This document shows, in pieces, positions 38,430 through 50,744 of a stretch of 64,000 nucleotides of DNA (positions are counted from its first letter, which is position 1; every line of letters begins with the position of its first letter). The position numbers and the translations under genes are program-made. A model generated the notes under the pieces. That model made no database searches. It saw only the letters and a program-made list of their open reading frames with translations, and was not told where the DNA came from. Source of the stretch: Neoechinorhynchus agilis (taxonomy: Eukaryota; Animalia; Acanthocephala); assembly GCA_051530055.1 (NCBI GenBank), contig CM121342.1:11671480-11735479 (forward strand), read 5' to 3'.

Positions 38430-41220
38430 CTCTACGCCGTTTACTTGCCATCAATACATCACCGAACTTGCTTTAAAACCTGATCACTAGTCTGGAAAAT
38501 CGATAATCGTTACTAAGAAGACAGTTAAAAGTCACGCAATTCTCGAGGTCGACAGCATGAACTTCCGGGATAGCAATGGCAAAATAGAATGCATCGAATT
38601 CTAGTCTAAAAATCTAGAACAAAATCATCCCGCTTACAGGATATCATTTTATTTACCATCAACACATCGCCGAACTTGCTCTGAAACCTGATCATTAGTC
38701 TGGAAAATCGATAATCTTTACTAGGAAAACAGTCGAAAGTCTCGCAGTTCTCGAGGTCGATAGCATGAACTTCTAGGCTTAAAATGAAAAACACGATTGC
38801 ATCAACTTTTCGCCTAAAAATCTAGAACAAAATCATCCCGCTTACAGAATATCATTTTATTTGCCATCAACACATCGCCGAACTTGCTCTGAAACCTGAT
38901 CATTAGTCTGGAAAATCGATAATCTTACTAGAAACAGTCGAAATTCGCATTCTGAGGTCGAAGCATGAACTTTGGGCTTAAAATGAAAAACACGATTGCA
39001 TCAACTTTTCGCCTAAAAATCTAGAACAAAATCATCCCGCTTACAGAATATCATTTTACTTGCCATCAACACATCGCCGAACTTGCTCTGAAACCTGATC
39101 ATTAGTCTGGAAAATCGATAATCTTTACTAGGAAAACAGTCGAAATCTCGCAGTTCTCGAGGTCGATAGCATGAACTTTGGGCTTAAAATGAAAAACACG
39201 ATTGCATCAACTTTTCGCCTAAAAATCTAGAACAAAATCATCCCGCTTACAGAATATCATTTTATTTGCCATCAACACATCGCCGAACTTGCTCTGAAAC
39301 CTGATCATTAGTCTGGAAAATCGATAATCTTTACTAGGAAAACAGTCGAAAGTCTCGCAGTTCTCGAGGTCGATAGCATGAACTTCTGGGCTTAAAATGA
39401 AAAACACGATTGCATCAACTTTTCGCCTAAAAATCTAGAACAAAATCATCCCGCTTACAGGATATCCATTTACTTGCCATCAACACATCGCCGAACTTGC
39501 TCTGAAACCTGATCATTAGTCTGGAAAATCGATAATCTTTACTAGGAAAACAGTCGAAAGTCTCGCAGTTCTCGAGGTCGATAGCATGAACTTCTGGGCT
39601 TAAAATGAAAAACACGATTGCATCAACTTTTCGCCTAAAAATCTAGAACAAAATCATCCCGCTTACAGAATATCATTTTATTTGCCATCAACACATCGCC
39701 GAACTTGCTCTGAAACCTGATCATTAGTCTGGAAAATCGATAATCTTTACTAGGAAAACAGTCGAAATCTCGCAGTTCTCGAGGTCGATAGCATGAACTT
39801 TGGGCTTAAAATGAAAAACACGATTGCATCAACTTTTCGCCTAAAAATCTAGAACAAAATCATCCCGCTTACAGAATATCATTTTATTTGCCATCAACAC
39901 ATCGCCGAACTTGCTCTGAAACCTGATCATTAGTCTGGAAAATCGATAATCTTTACTAGGAAAACAGTCGAAAGTCTCGCAGTTCTCGAGGTCGATAGCA
40001 TGAACTTCTGGGCTTAAAATGAAAAACACGATTGCATCAACTTTTCGCCTAAAAATCTAGAACAAAATCATCCCGCTTACAGGATATCCATTTACTTGCC
40101 ATCAACACATCGCCGAACTTGCTCTGAAACCTGATCATTAGTCTGGAAAATCGATAATCTTTACTAGGAAAACAGTCGAAAGTCTCGCAGTTCTCGAGGT
40201 CGATAGCATGAACTTCTGGGCTTAAAATGAAAAACACGATTGCATCAACTTTTCGCCTAAAAATCTAGAACAAAATCATCCCGCTTACAGGATATCCATT
40301 TACTTGCCATCAACACATCGCCGAACTTGCTCTGAAACCTGATCATTAGTCTGGAAAATCGATAATCTTTACTAGGAAAACAGTCGAAAGTCTCGCAGTT
40401 CTCGAGGTCGATAGCATGAACTTCTGGGCTTAAAATGAAAAACACGATTGCATCAACTTTTCGCCTAAAAATCTAGAACAAAATCATCCCGCTTACAGGA
40501 TATCCATTTACTTGCCATCAACACATCGCCGAACTTGCTCTGAAACCATATCATTAGTCTGGAAAATCGATAATCTTTACTAGGAAAACAGTCGAAAGTC
40601 TCGCAGTTCTCGAGGTCGATAGCATGAACTTTGGGCTTAAAATGAAAAACACGATTGCATCAACTTTTCGCCTAAAAATCTAGAACAAAATCATCCCGCT
40701 TACAGGATATCCATTTACTTGCCATCAACACATCGCCGAACTTGCTCTGAAACCATATCATTAGTCTGGAAAATCGATAATCTTTACTAGGAAAACAGTC
40801 GAAAGTCTCGCAGTTCTCGAGGTCGATAGCATGAACTTCTGGGCTTAAAATGAAAAACACGATTGCATCAACTTTTCGCCTAAAAATCTAGAACAAAATC
40901 ATCCCGCTTACAGAATATCATTTTATTTGCCATCAACACATCGCCGAACTTGCTCTGAAACCTGATCATTAGTCTGGAAAATCGATAATCTTTACTAGGA
41001 AAACAGTCGAAAGTCTCGCAGTTCTCGAGGTCGATAGCATGTACTTTGGGCTTAAAATGAAAAACACGATTGCATCAACTTTTCGCCTAAAAATCTAGAA
41101 CAAAATCATCCCGCTTACAGGATATCCATTTACTTGCCATCAACACATCGCCGAACGTGCTCTGAAACATGATCATTAGTCTGGAAAATCGATAATCTTA
41201 ACTAAGAAGACAGTCAGAAA
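38430..41220. repeat. Tandem array of ~13 units of 206-208 bp with diverged end copies
   Basis: Unit starts (ctaaaaatctagaac) near 38606, 38813, 39012, 39219, 39427, 39635, 39841, 40049, 40257, 40465, 40672, 40880 and 41087. Confidence 0.97.
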
Positions 41221-42099
41221 TTTCGAGATTCGCTATTTTTGATTTCGTAGAAAGACCTGTCAGTTTTCAGAGTTAAAGTGTCGTACAAAATTCACTCTCA
41301 AGTTTGAGTACAGTCACATACTTTTTCTTCTGATAAAGTGAGTTAAATTTTATTAAATGTCCTTTTGGGACCTTTTTAAGAATTGAAGAGGAATGTTGTA
41401 AGTTACAGTGAAAAATGGACCACGAATAGCCTATAAAGAAATCAATAATATTTAGGAGAAGTAGGCAATATGGATCGATCGGACAAGACCTTTCTGAGTC
41501 CGGATTTAAATTCAACGCTGAGAAGCACGATTTTAAGCGATGCTCATCGATTTCTGGTATTTATAAGGAACGAACTCAAAACAAAAGATGCGCTCAACAA
41601 TCTGTGAGTCATTGGTATCCATAGATTTGGAAACTGAGACGCAAAATAGATACGATGCAGTCGAAATTATGATAATTCGTCTTTGGAGTCCAATTCATAT
41701 AACGCTTTATTCGGTATGCATAATATTTTAACTCTTTTAAAAATGTCGCTCCTTTTGATCTAAAACAATAGCCAAAATTTCACATTTCTCCTTCCTTTTT
41801 TTACGTTTTCTATACATTATAAGCCGGCTTTTTAGAACCTTTAGATTTTTGTTAGTTCTTCGGTTTTCTGCGAAATTTCACGTTATCGCTGCTTAATCGA
41901 TGAAATCAAAGTGAACAAAAGGGGGAAAAATTTAGTTTTTAGCCATCAGTAGTATATAAAATATAACTCAAGATGTCTTCATTTTAAATTGAGTGTCAAT
42001 TTCAAACAATTCCCATTTATGCGTTTGATTTCTCCGCTACAATTTTACAAAAGGATTAAATTTTATAGACAAGTATCGAAATTCCAATTGATTTTGGAT

Positions 42100-43230
42100 C
42101 TGTTCAGCGCTTTTGTTAACACTTCCTTATAGAAGTTAGCGAAGAAACTTTCAGTTCGAATGTTCTACTCCATTCACAAAGCGACGACATCGATTCTGAT
42201 AACATTTTAAAATCTATGAATAATATGGAGATAGAAATCAAGTCGGATTTCGACTTTACACCACAATCCTCCGCTTGTCAAAACTTAGAAATAACAAAGC
42301 AACGAGCATTGAAAGTTCTCACGGCAATGAACGTGAGTGACGGCGCGATTGAATGTTTATTCTATACGAGGATGAGACTTCCCAGTTGTTTTGCTAGACA
42401 TTGGTATGCTCTCAATTGTGAATGGTAAATAGAGGATATTTTACAAGTAGTGAACTCGGATTTGAAGTTTTAGAATTTATAATCTTGGAATATTGAAAGG
42501 CACAGAAATTGGCGGCGGGCTAAAAGCACTCAAGTCTTTGTTTTTGAACGAGCATTCAAGACTTCTTGAATCACAGTCAGATCTTTATTCGCAAATACGG
42601 GAAAATCAGCAAAACACCAAAAATGTAAGTTAATAATTAAGTGAAAATATTTTTGTTCTTGGAAGATATACAATTTAATAAGTTTTTCCGAAACAGCGTG
42701 TCGATAGTTTAAAATATTTTAAAATCGCAACATCTTAAAATGAGTATCATATTGAATATAATTTGAAATTTTTTCTCTCACTCAGTTTGTAGAAGTTATC
42801 TCGGGTATCGATAAATCCACCGGTCAATGGTTAAATTCTCATATAAACGAGGTTCACATTCTCTTGTCGCTGTTAGCCAAACTCAGTCAAACCAGAAGCA
42901 AAGTGTGGTCGAATAAGGAAGGTAAAATCTAGTAAAAAATTTGCGTTCAATAAAAACTGAAACAAGAAGATGAAATAATGACAAAGAGAATCCAAAGAGC
43001 ATTCGTGGCGAAAATGCGAATAGATGAAACTTCACAAAAATTGAGTAAAACTTTATCAACGTGAGTCATCCCTATATTTGAGCAAATTCTTTTAATTGAA
43101 TAAATAGTTATTCAGATGGTAATGAATTTCTCGATCAATTCCGATTTCTTATCAACAATGACAGACGTTTAAAACTTGATCATTGGGATGCAAACGAACT
43201 CGCGCATTTATATGGTACGGTCGATTTCTT
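42100..43230 (+). CDS. Probable multi-exon gene of unknown function
   Basis: Short open segments with plausible GT-AG boundaries (for example gaag|gtaaaa and ac|gtgagt..ttcag|atggt); no family recognised. Confidence 0.3.
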
Positions 43231-44330
43231 TTAGAAATATAGTTCTAAATAAAAGAAATCGCTGAAGTAAGCGAATTAGATTAGTTGATAACGTCATGTC
43301 TGATCGAAAGTAAAATTTACATCAGCACAATAAATCCAACGCTTCTTTATGTTTTAGCTTTTGAACATTTTCTTTATGCTATGAAGCAAAATAAAATACG
43401 AAGTTCGCTCCTGCAAAAATTTTACATCATAGAAATTAGAGATTACGAAAAATTCAAGAATTCTCACAACCATCGCATATTCATTTATTGCTTAAAACTT
43501 GGCCTGTCATTGGCTACGTCGAAATAGAGAGCTCGCCAGCGAATAAATGATCTATTAACGGGTATTTTAAATCACTTTAATTTAATTACTATGGATTTAA
43601 TACTGCATACAGTTTTGAAATAGAACTGAATTGGTTTGAAAACTTGAATGTAAAGACGTTTATTCAATTTAACACCTTCGTGATCTTCACTTATTTTAAA
43701 AACCAAAATAGCACTTTTAAATGTCAACGCTATTGAAGAAAACTCATCTTAGGAGTAATTATTTATTTCTGGGACTTTAGGCCTTCGGAAAAAGCATGCA
43801 ACATCCTACAACGAAGGGATTCTCATTTCTAGCAGATTTATTTTCTTTATAATTTCATTAAGGTCATGTTCTTTTAAACAATAAGATTTTAGTACACGAG
43901 ATCAGATTTGCGTTCAATCTAATTTTAGGCAATCACCGATTTTTTTAACTTTACGAACATGTAAAAATTTCGTTCAATAAATTGTATTTGATAATATTAA
44001 ATAATACTTTTAATTAAAGATAATTCATATTGAAAAATATGTTTATTAATCGTGATTGCTATGAAAAGCAAATTATTTTTAATCGTAAATAATAAACGCA
44101 CCCATAGAGTACAGTTTTCTTTAGATTTGTGTTTCGCACTTTATAGCGGAAAACAATCTATTAGAGGTATTTAGCAATCTTACTGAATGATCGAATATCG
44201 ATCCTGACCGCTTTACGTCCCCTACATTTGCATTCTAGCGAAATTGAATGGATCAATTTTTTATTCACGAATTTTCTTGTTAACTCACACTGTCGATTGA
44301 TTACTTTCCACTAATAAAGTTTATTTAGAG

Positions 44331-47273
44331 ATGTCTAGCAATAACAACAATCGATACAATGGAAGCAACCGAAGAGATCGAGGTGGGAGATGGCAAAACC
44401 GTGGACGGTACCAAAGAAATCATGGTCAAAGGCGAAACGATGCAGAACCACAAAGACAATATAATGAAGAAAGCAAAATATTTAATATGTCGATAGATAA
44501 ATCCCATAAGTTTATAGGCTTGATTGCAAAAGAAGTGATGTCGAACCATATTTTTAAACCTAATGATTTTGAATGTTTAGAAATAAATACGCTGCGACAA
44601 GAACGCAGCGTTGAAACACGTTCAAAAAATGTTTACTGTACAAAAATTAAATTAAATAAGTCGATGAAAATGATGATCAATTATTTTCCACTGACCAACT
44701 CAACTCCTTTCAGAGTAAAGAAGTACGATGTGAAGATTGAAGATAAGGATAGAGGTTTGGTTGTCAATAACCCAAACGGGGAAAACGTCTTATCTTCATT
44801 AAAACAGCGAATTATAATTCAAAAAGCAATTTTGAAAATGACAAATGATCGTGAAAAAGAATTCAAGTACCGAACTGTATACGACGGTGGTCGTGTGGTT
44901 TACTCACTAAGCGATTTCGCAACAAGCAGCGATGAGTGTTCAATACTCGTCTCTGAAAAGTACCTGGTTATATTTAAGAAAACCAATGAAATCGATATGG
45001 AGCAGGACATTGCATTGATAAGGAACATGATTGGAAAATCTGTTGCACTCCGGCCGCAGATCGCAATAATCGACATTGTCCTTAAATTCGCACTCTCGAA
45101 TCTTCTTGTTAACTTTGGGAGATCTTTTTTTCCCTTAAATGATCCACCGGCTCATCGATTCGATTCATTCAAGGGACTCTTTAACGGAATCTTCGCCAGT
45201 GCCGTGATTGCATTCGACGCTTTAGCATTGAATGTCGATGTTTCAAATGCAGTTATCGCACCCGAAATATCGTTGCTTGATTTCCTTCGGAAAAAAGGAA
45301 TATCGGAAGACGATTTAACCGCAAGCAAAACTAATCCTCAATTATTACAATCGGTTAGTGAACTTTTGAAGGAACGAAGAAAGATCATTGTAAAATATGA
45401 TTCGGAAGGGAAGCATAAGCGGTACGCAACCTTTAATTCCTTTAAGATGGAATCACCTTTTGAACACAAATTCGTTTTAAACAAGGACGATAGTCAATCG
45501 AATATTAGCGTCGGCCAATTTTTCAAAGAACATTACGGCCATGATTGTTTGCCGCATTTTGTGACCGTGGCGACGGGTAAAAGAGGAAATGCCGTAGTTC
45601 CATTGGAACTTGTATATCTCGCAGCACGAAAGGTCCAGAACGAAGAACTTAAGAATCAAATGGCGGATGTTATTAAAAGAACAGCACTTTCCCCGACTCA
45701 GAGAAAGTTTAATATTGATTCGAAATTAATGTATTTGCAATCAAAAGAGAACAACGAGTGTGCGAAATATCTTAAAGAATGGAGACTCGAAGTGGCCGAT
45801 CGTATGGCTGTAGTCGATGCCAGTCTTTTACCGATACCAATGATTTATCATTCTCAAGGCCAAATAACATATCAGAGACATTATGGAGCCTGGAATGCAG
45901 GTAAAGAATTTTCATTCTTTAAAGGAGTTGGAAAAGACTTGACATGGTCTTATTACATTTTTCCGGATAATCTGTCAATAGACCAGGATAGCGTCCAACA
46001 ATTCTTAAAGAGACTGATTGAAACGGCACGAAGATATGGAATCGATCTGGCTGAAAATGGACATCGCCATATGTGGCATCGAGACGAATTCAACGTTCAA
46101 TTTCCTCGGTATATCTTATCAGGAAATACTACAAAAGTGACATTCTTTTTTGCAAGGCGAAATAACTACGAATATTCAGCAGTTAAGGCTGCAGCGGAAC
46201 TAGTCAGTGGATCGATTACTCAGTTCATTACTGACAAAGCGATAAAAAGACGAGATAGGAGCGGTAATCTGGACGGCCAGGTGATCGTAAATATTTGTAA
46301 CAAACTTTGTGCAAAGCTCGGCGGTGTTAACGTGAGTCTAACACGAAATCCAGTGCCATTTAAGTTTAATCCACAAACTGGAAATTACGGAAGGACCATG
46401 TTTGTCGGTCTCGATGTTACCCATCGGGTTCTGAATAGTCAAGGACGTCTTAGTCGAGTATCGATTGCCGCCGTTGTAGCTTCGGTTGACTTTATTCCTC
46501 ATTCCTATGTTACCGAGATTTCCCTTCAGAAAAATCCCCAAACTTCAAAGTCAAGTATAGAAATTGTTTATAACTTAGAAACAATAATGCGAAGGATACT
46601 GGGAAAGTATCGAGAGCGAAACAAATGTTTGCCGGACCGAATCCTTTTGTACCGAGATGGCGTTTCCGATAGTCAACTCGACTTAGTGAATCGATTCGAA
46701 GTCAATGGCATAATAGAAGCCTGTCGAAAAGAAGGAATGGGGAACGAGATTAAACTCGGCGTCGTTGTCGTCCAGAAGCGGCATCATTTCCGAATGTTCC
46801 CTCCTGGTAGAGGAGACGGCGATCGCAACGGAAATCCACTTCCCGGAACCGTATATTCCCCAGAAGTCTGCATGGATTCCATAGTCGATGCATTTCTGGT
46901 GAGCCACGCGGGAATCCAAGGAACATCGAGACCAACGCGGTACAGACTAATCTATGATTCCATTGGACTTAATGAGAATAATCTTATGCAAGTAACTTTT
47001 AATTTGTGCCATTTGTATGCTAAATGCTTTCGTTCAGTCTCAATCCCGGCACCTTGTTATTATGCCCATCACGTCGCTTTCCGGGCGAGGCATTATGTAG
47101 AATTTTTGCAGCTCTGCGATCCAACAGTCCGAGATTATTTTTATGAAGATGATATGGTTGTAAAAAATGGAGATGAAAGGGTGAGCCAGGAAGTGAAACC
47201 TGCAGAGAAGAAATTAAAGTTCCTGATTCTGTCACTCAGCGATCGCCTGAGTGGTCTCTTGTACTTTTGTTAA
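44331..47273 (+). CDS. Argonaute, AGO-clade-like, intronless, 980 aa
   Basis: N-terminal RGG region and PAZ (ISVGQFFKEHYG..PLELV). MID motifs YSAVK, TQF and KLGGVN. PIWI motifs GLDVTH, SSIE, YRDGVSDSQ, VQKRHH, HAGIQGTSRP and CFRSVSIPAPCYYAHHVAFRAR. Confidence 0.97.
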   Translation: MSSNNNNRYNGSNRRDRGGRWQNRGRYQRNHGQRRNDAEPQRQYNEESKIFNMSIDKSHKFIGLIAKEVMSNHIFKPNDFECLEINTLRQERSVETRSKNVYCTKIKLNKSMKMMINYFPLTNSTPFRVKKYDVKIEDKDRGLVVNNPNGENVLSSLKQRIIIQKAILKMTNDREKEFKYRTVYDGGRVVYSLSDFATSSDECSILVSEKYLVIFKKTNEIDMEQDIALIRNMIGKSVALRPQIAIIDIVLKFALSNLLVNFGRSFFPLNDPPAHRFDSFKGLFNGIFASAVIAFDALALNVDVSNAVIAPEISLLDFLRKKGISEDDLTASKTNPQLLQSVSELLKERRKIIVKYDSEGKHKRYATFNSFKMESPFEHKFVLNKDDSQSNISVGQFFKEHYGHDCLPHFVTVATGKRGNAVVPLELVYLAARKVQNEELKNQMADVIKRTALSPTQRKFNIDSKLMYLQSKENNECAKYLKEWRLEVADRMAVVDASLLPIPMIYHSQGQITYQRHYGAWNAGKEFSFFKGVGKDLTWSYYIFPDNLSIDQDSVQQFLKRLIETARRYGIDLAENGHRHMWHRDEFNVQFPRYILSGNTTKVTFFFARRNNYEYSAVKAAAELVSGSITQFITDKAIKRRDRSGNLDGQVIVNICNKLCAKLGGVNVSLTRNPVPFKFNPQTGNYGRTMFVGLDVTHRVLNSQGRLSRVSIAAVVASVDFIPHSYVTEISLQKNPQTSKSSIEIVYNLETIMRRILGKYRERNKCLPDRILLYRDGVSDSQLDLVNRFEVNGIIEACRKEGMGNEIKLGVVVVQKRHHFRMFPPGRGDGDRNGNPLPGTVYSPEVCMDSIVDAFLVSHAGIQGTSRPTRYRLIYDSIGLNENNLMQVTFNLCHLYAKCFRSVSIPAPCYYAHHVAFRARHYVEFLQLCDPTVRDYFYEDDMVVKNGDERVSQEVKPAEKKLKFLILSLSDRLSGLLYFC

Positions 47274-47299
47274 TAGAATAAATATTTTTAATATATTAT

Positions 47300-48335
47300 C
47301 AAGAAATGATGTTTTTGGAGAATCGGTCAAAGATGTTGTTGTATCTTGAAGCCTTTTTGTCATGAGCAGAGTTACAGCAGAGTTCCTTTTTATATTCACC
47401 CTCGCACGCTATCACTACAGGACGAACATTTACCGTCGATAATATCTGGTTCAGATATGTGGACGACACGTTCCTGTTGATCGACCCTTCAGAGACTAAT
47501 ATGAATCGCCTTAAACATGAACTGAATGGAAGGGACGACAATATTCAGTGGACGATCGAGGAGGAGGACCATGGTAAGTTTCCGTTCCTGGATGTGTGGA
47601 TATACCGATTAGCCAGTGGAAACTACACGACCAGCGTGTACCGAAAGAGAAGTATACCAGTGGGCCTTGTGCCATGGACATCAGCCCAACCTCGCAAATA
47701 CAAAATTTCGAGGACCTTCAATGGGGAGACAAAGTCAAAAAAGGAAGAGATCTACGTTGAACTGCCATTCCCTGATGATCATTCTTATCTTGCTATCGAG
47801 CGCATCATAAAATGAGGATGTGAGGCCAAGATAGTAAATGTATACACAAAGAGGGGACGCACTCTACACGGATTGATAGGTCCCTAGAATGGCCAACAGT
47901 CATCTGGTGCGGTCTACAAAATTCCGTGTTCCGGTTGCGAAGAGGTCTATGTGGGACAGACCAACAATTTCACCCGACGGATGAAGGAGCACAAATCATC
48001 AGTTGTTCGCAACACGGACATTAGTTCCGTAGTGGTGGCCCGTGCAAAAAACACAGGGCACACTATTGATTTTAGTGGCGCTACAACACTAGTCTGCAAT
48101 GGTCGGCGTTTCGAACGTATTGTCATCGAATCCTTATATATAAATAGGTTCGAAACGTTCGAGGGCAATAAACCTGATTTCAAATTAAGGATGCGACTCC
48201 CACCGGATGTTATGTGACGCGTGAATTGAAAATCCCTGTTATATGTGTTTTAGATCGCTGAAGAAGATCCGAGATAGTGGATCGAAATATCCAATAAAAT
48301 CTTAATTTCATTTATCTCTCCTATCAACAAATAAC
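47300..48335 (+). mobile_element. 5'-truncated, internally deleted Penelope-like element (RT end plus GIY-YIG endonuclease)
   Basis: RYVDDTF..IQWTIEEE..FPFLDV..TSVYRK, then GAVYKIPCSGCEEVYVGQTNNFTRRMKEH..HTIDFS..ESLYI. Confidence 0.9.
48245..48302 (+). ncRNA. Candidate minimal type I hammerhead ribozyme at the Penelope 3' end
   Basis: CTGAAGA (48258), stem II gatcc/ggatc, GAAA, palindromic ATAT stem III, then UC. Imperfect stem I (ttttagatcg / caataaaa). Confidence 0.6.
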
Positions 48336-48339
48336 TATA

Positions 48340-50680
48340 TATATCATGTGTATTTGCGTCACCATACAAATCATGGCATCTGCGTCACTACGCAAATCAC
48401 TACATCTTCTCCCCCTCATCATCTGAACCTTTGGGGAGGACGTCTTATTTGACTACTTCTTCGCAGTATTATTTCAGTCGGTTTTCCCTTCTCGTGATCT
48501 CTTACATCGTCATTATCTTCATCGTTTCCCTCGTTCATAGACTGCTGTTCGTCCTTTATTGCCTTTGCAGTTTCGTTTTCCACCATTTCGCTTTCTGGCT
48601 CATTTTTGACATTCCCGTCATTTTTTTCTCGTGGTCTTACGAAATCCCATGCATTCGTTCATCGATACCATCCTTGTTAGTGATTCAATATGATACCGGA
48701 CCGGTACGTCTCGTGATCATTCCTTCCTCCCATCTCTCATCTTTGGGCCTTCTATAGCATATCGTTTGATTGTATTTAAACTCTCGTAATTTTCGGCTGA
48801 TTTGCTACCATGGTTCAATTCACTCATCTCGTTTTCCGATCTGATATTGTCGAAAACTGTGGGCAGGCGCCTTCCTAACATTAAGGTTGCTGGTGACACT
48901 CCGGTGACACTATTCTCAGTGTTTCGGTAATTCTCTAAAAACTCCCATATTTCGTCTTGATCTATGTTTCCATTCTCATCTTTTGTTCTTCTTTTGAATG
49001 TTCCCACCATTCTTTCTACAAGTCCATTTGTTTGTGGATGGTGTGGACTCGAAGTTCCATGCTTTGTCCCTCTAGTTTGACAGAACTTTCCGAACTCCTC
49101 GGATTTGAATTGCGAACCATTATCTGTTATAATTTTACTTGGGACTCCGAAACGGGCGAAACAATCTTTCAACCGGACTATTATATTGCTTGTCGTCGCT
49201 TTGCCATTAACGTTCCAGATCTCGGCCCATTTGCTTGTGGCATCGACCAGAATCAAGTACATTTTATTGTGAACAGGCCCTGCCAAATCCAAGTGCAGTC
49301 GACTCCAAACTCTTTTCGGTCTATCCCAGGGCATCACTGGTTCTTTTTGTACCATCGGTCTTGTCTTTTGGCAATGCACGCAACTGCCCACAAATCTTTC
49401 AACATCATCGCCTATCTTCGGCCACCACACATAATGTCGAGTTAGCCTCTTCATTGATTCTATACCCGGGTGACCTCTATGCAAATGTGTGAGTACTGTG
49501 CTGCGTAGACATTCTTGTACAATAATTTTGTGCTGCCACATAACCAATCCATTCTCCTCTGAGAGTTCATCTTTCCTATCCCAAAAAGCTTTTTCGACTC
49601 CCTTGATGTTCATGGCGCAGCCATACCTCAAGAATCCTTTTATCTTCCTCAGAGTTTCATCTTCCTGAGTTGCATGTCGAATCACTTGACAAGAAAGATT
49701 CGACTGTTCCGTGTACTGTTGCTGCGCCGCTTCAAGTATCTTTATGTCCACCGTGTTATCACATATCTTCGCTGTTCCATTTGGCACTCTTGACAAACAA
49801 TCCGCATACAAGTTGCTTTTTCCTTTGACATAGCGTATTTGATAATCGTACTCGTTAAGCAGTAATGCCCAAAGAACTAACCTGCCTTTAGTCATCTTAC
49901 TAAGATCACGCTTATCCCGAAAATGTGTTTGAGGGGTTGGTGATCTGTTTCCACAAATAATTATGAAATCACTTTATCGCATGTACGAACGCCAACGCCT
50001 CCTTATCGATCGTTGAATATATCTTTTCGATGGGTGTAAGTTTTTTCGAAGTTAGCATTATCGGTAATTGCTTTCCACTTGCCTTGTCCAGCTGGAACAA
50101 CGCGGCGCCAATTCCCCCATCACTTGCATCACATGCTAGCGTTATCAATTTACTCTGATCGTATAACTTCAAGCTAATATTATTTAATATCGCTTCCTTG
50201 ACCTTGTTGAAAGCCTTTCTGTGGGACCTCTCCCATTTCCACGGAATGTGATTCTTAATGAGATCATATAGCGGAGAACAAATGGTGTGGAAATCAGGAA
50301 TGAATCGGTCCAAAAAATTCGCACCTCCTAAGAATGTCCGCAACTGTTCTTGTTTTTCGGCTCGGGTGCTCTTCTTAAATCTTCCACTCTCTCTTCGCTA
50401 GCGTACATGTGACCCTTCTTTAACACATGACCAAGGTACTTGACTGATTGTTGCAAGAATTGACAGTTCTCCTTTCTAATACCGACCCCTGCATAGCAAG
50501 TGGACCGTGTAAGAGGCCTGAATCGAATGGACCTAAGCATTGGAGTGCCCGACATCGGCCCGCAAACTAACTGTTGGCTTAATCTGGACATTCTTGTAGA
50601 CCGCACTGAAACAACGTGTTGGCGAATTTTCGCACAGAATCGACATTTTATGCATTGCACTTCGGTGCTATGTAGCAATA
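48340..50680 (-). mobile_element. Degenerate Ty3/Gypsy remnant: RT/RNase H fragments, integrase, PPT and truncated 3' LTR
   Basis: FLGGANFLDRFIP, LACDASDGGIGA, YSTIDKEALA, LHRGHPG..YVWWP..C..C, LHLDLAGP, TDNGSQF, HHPQTNGLVER. PPT gagggggagaaga is followed by TGTAGTG at 48404. Confidence 0.9.
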
Positions 50681-50744
50681 ATATCCTTAAAATGTCTTTG
50701 TTACCACCCAGTTTTTGTTAAAATCTCTTATGCTAAATTATTGT

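Noticed and set aside
38430-41220. CRISPR array
   Set aside because: Whole units repeat with no unique spacers, there are no cas genes, and the context is eukaryotic.
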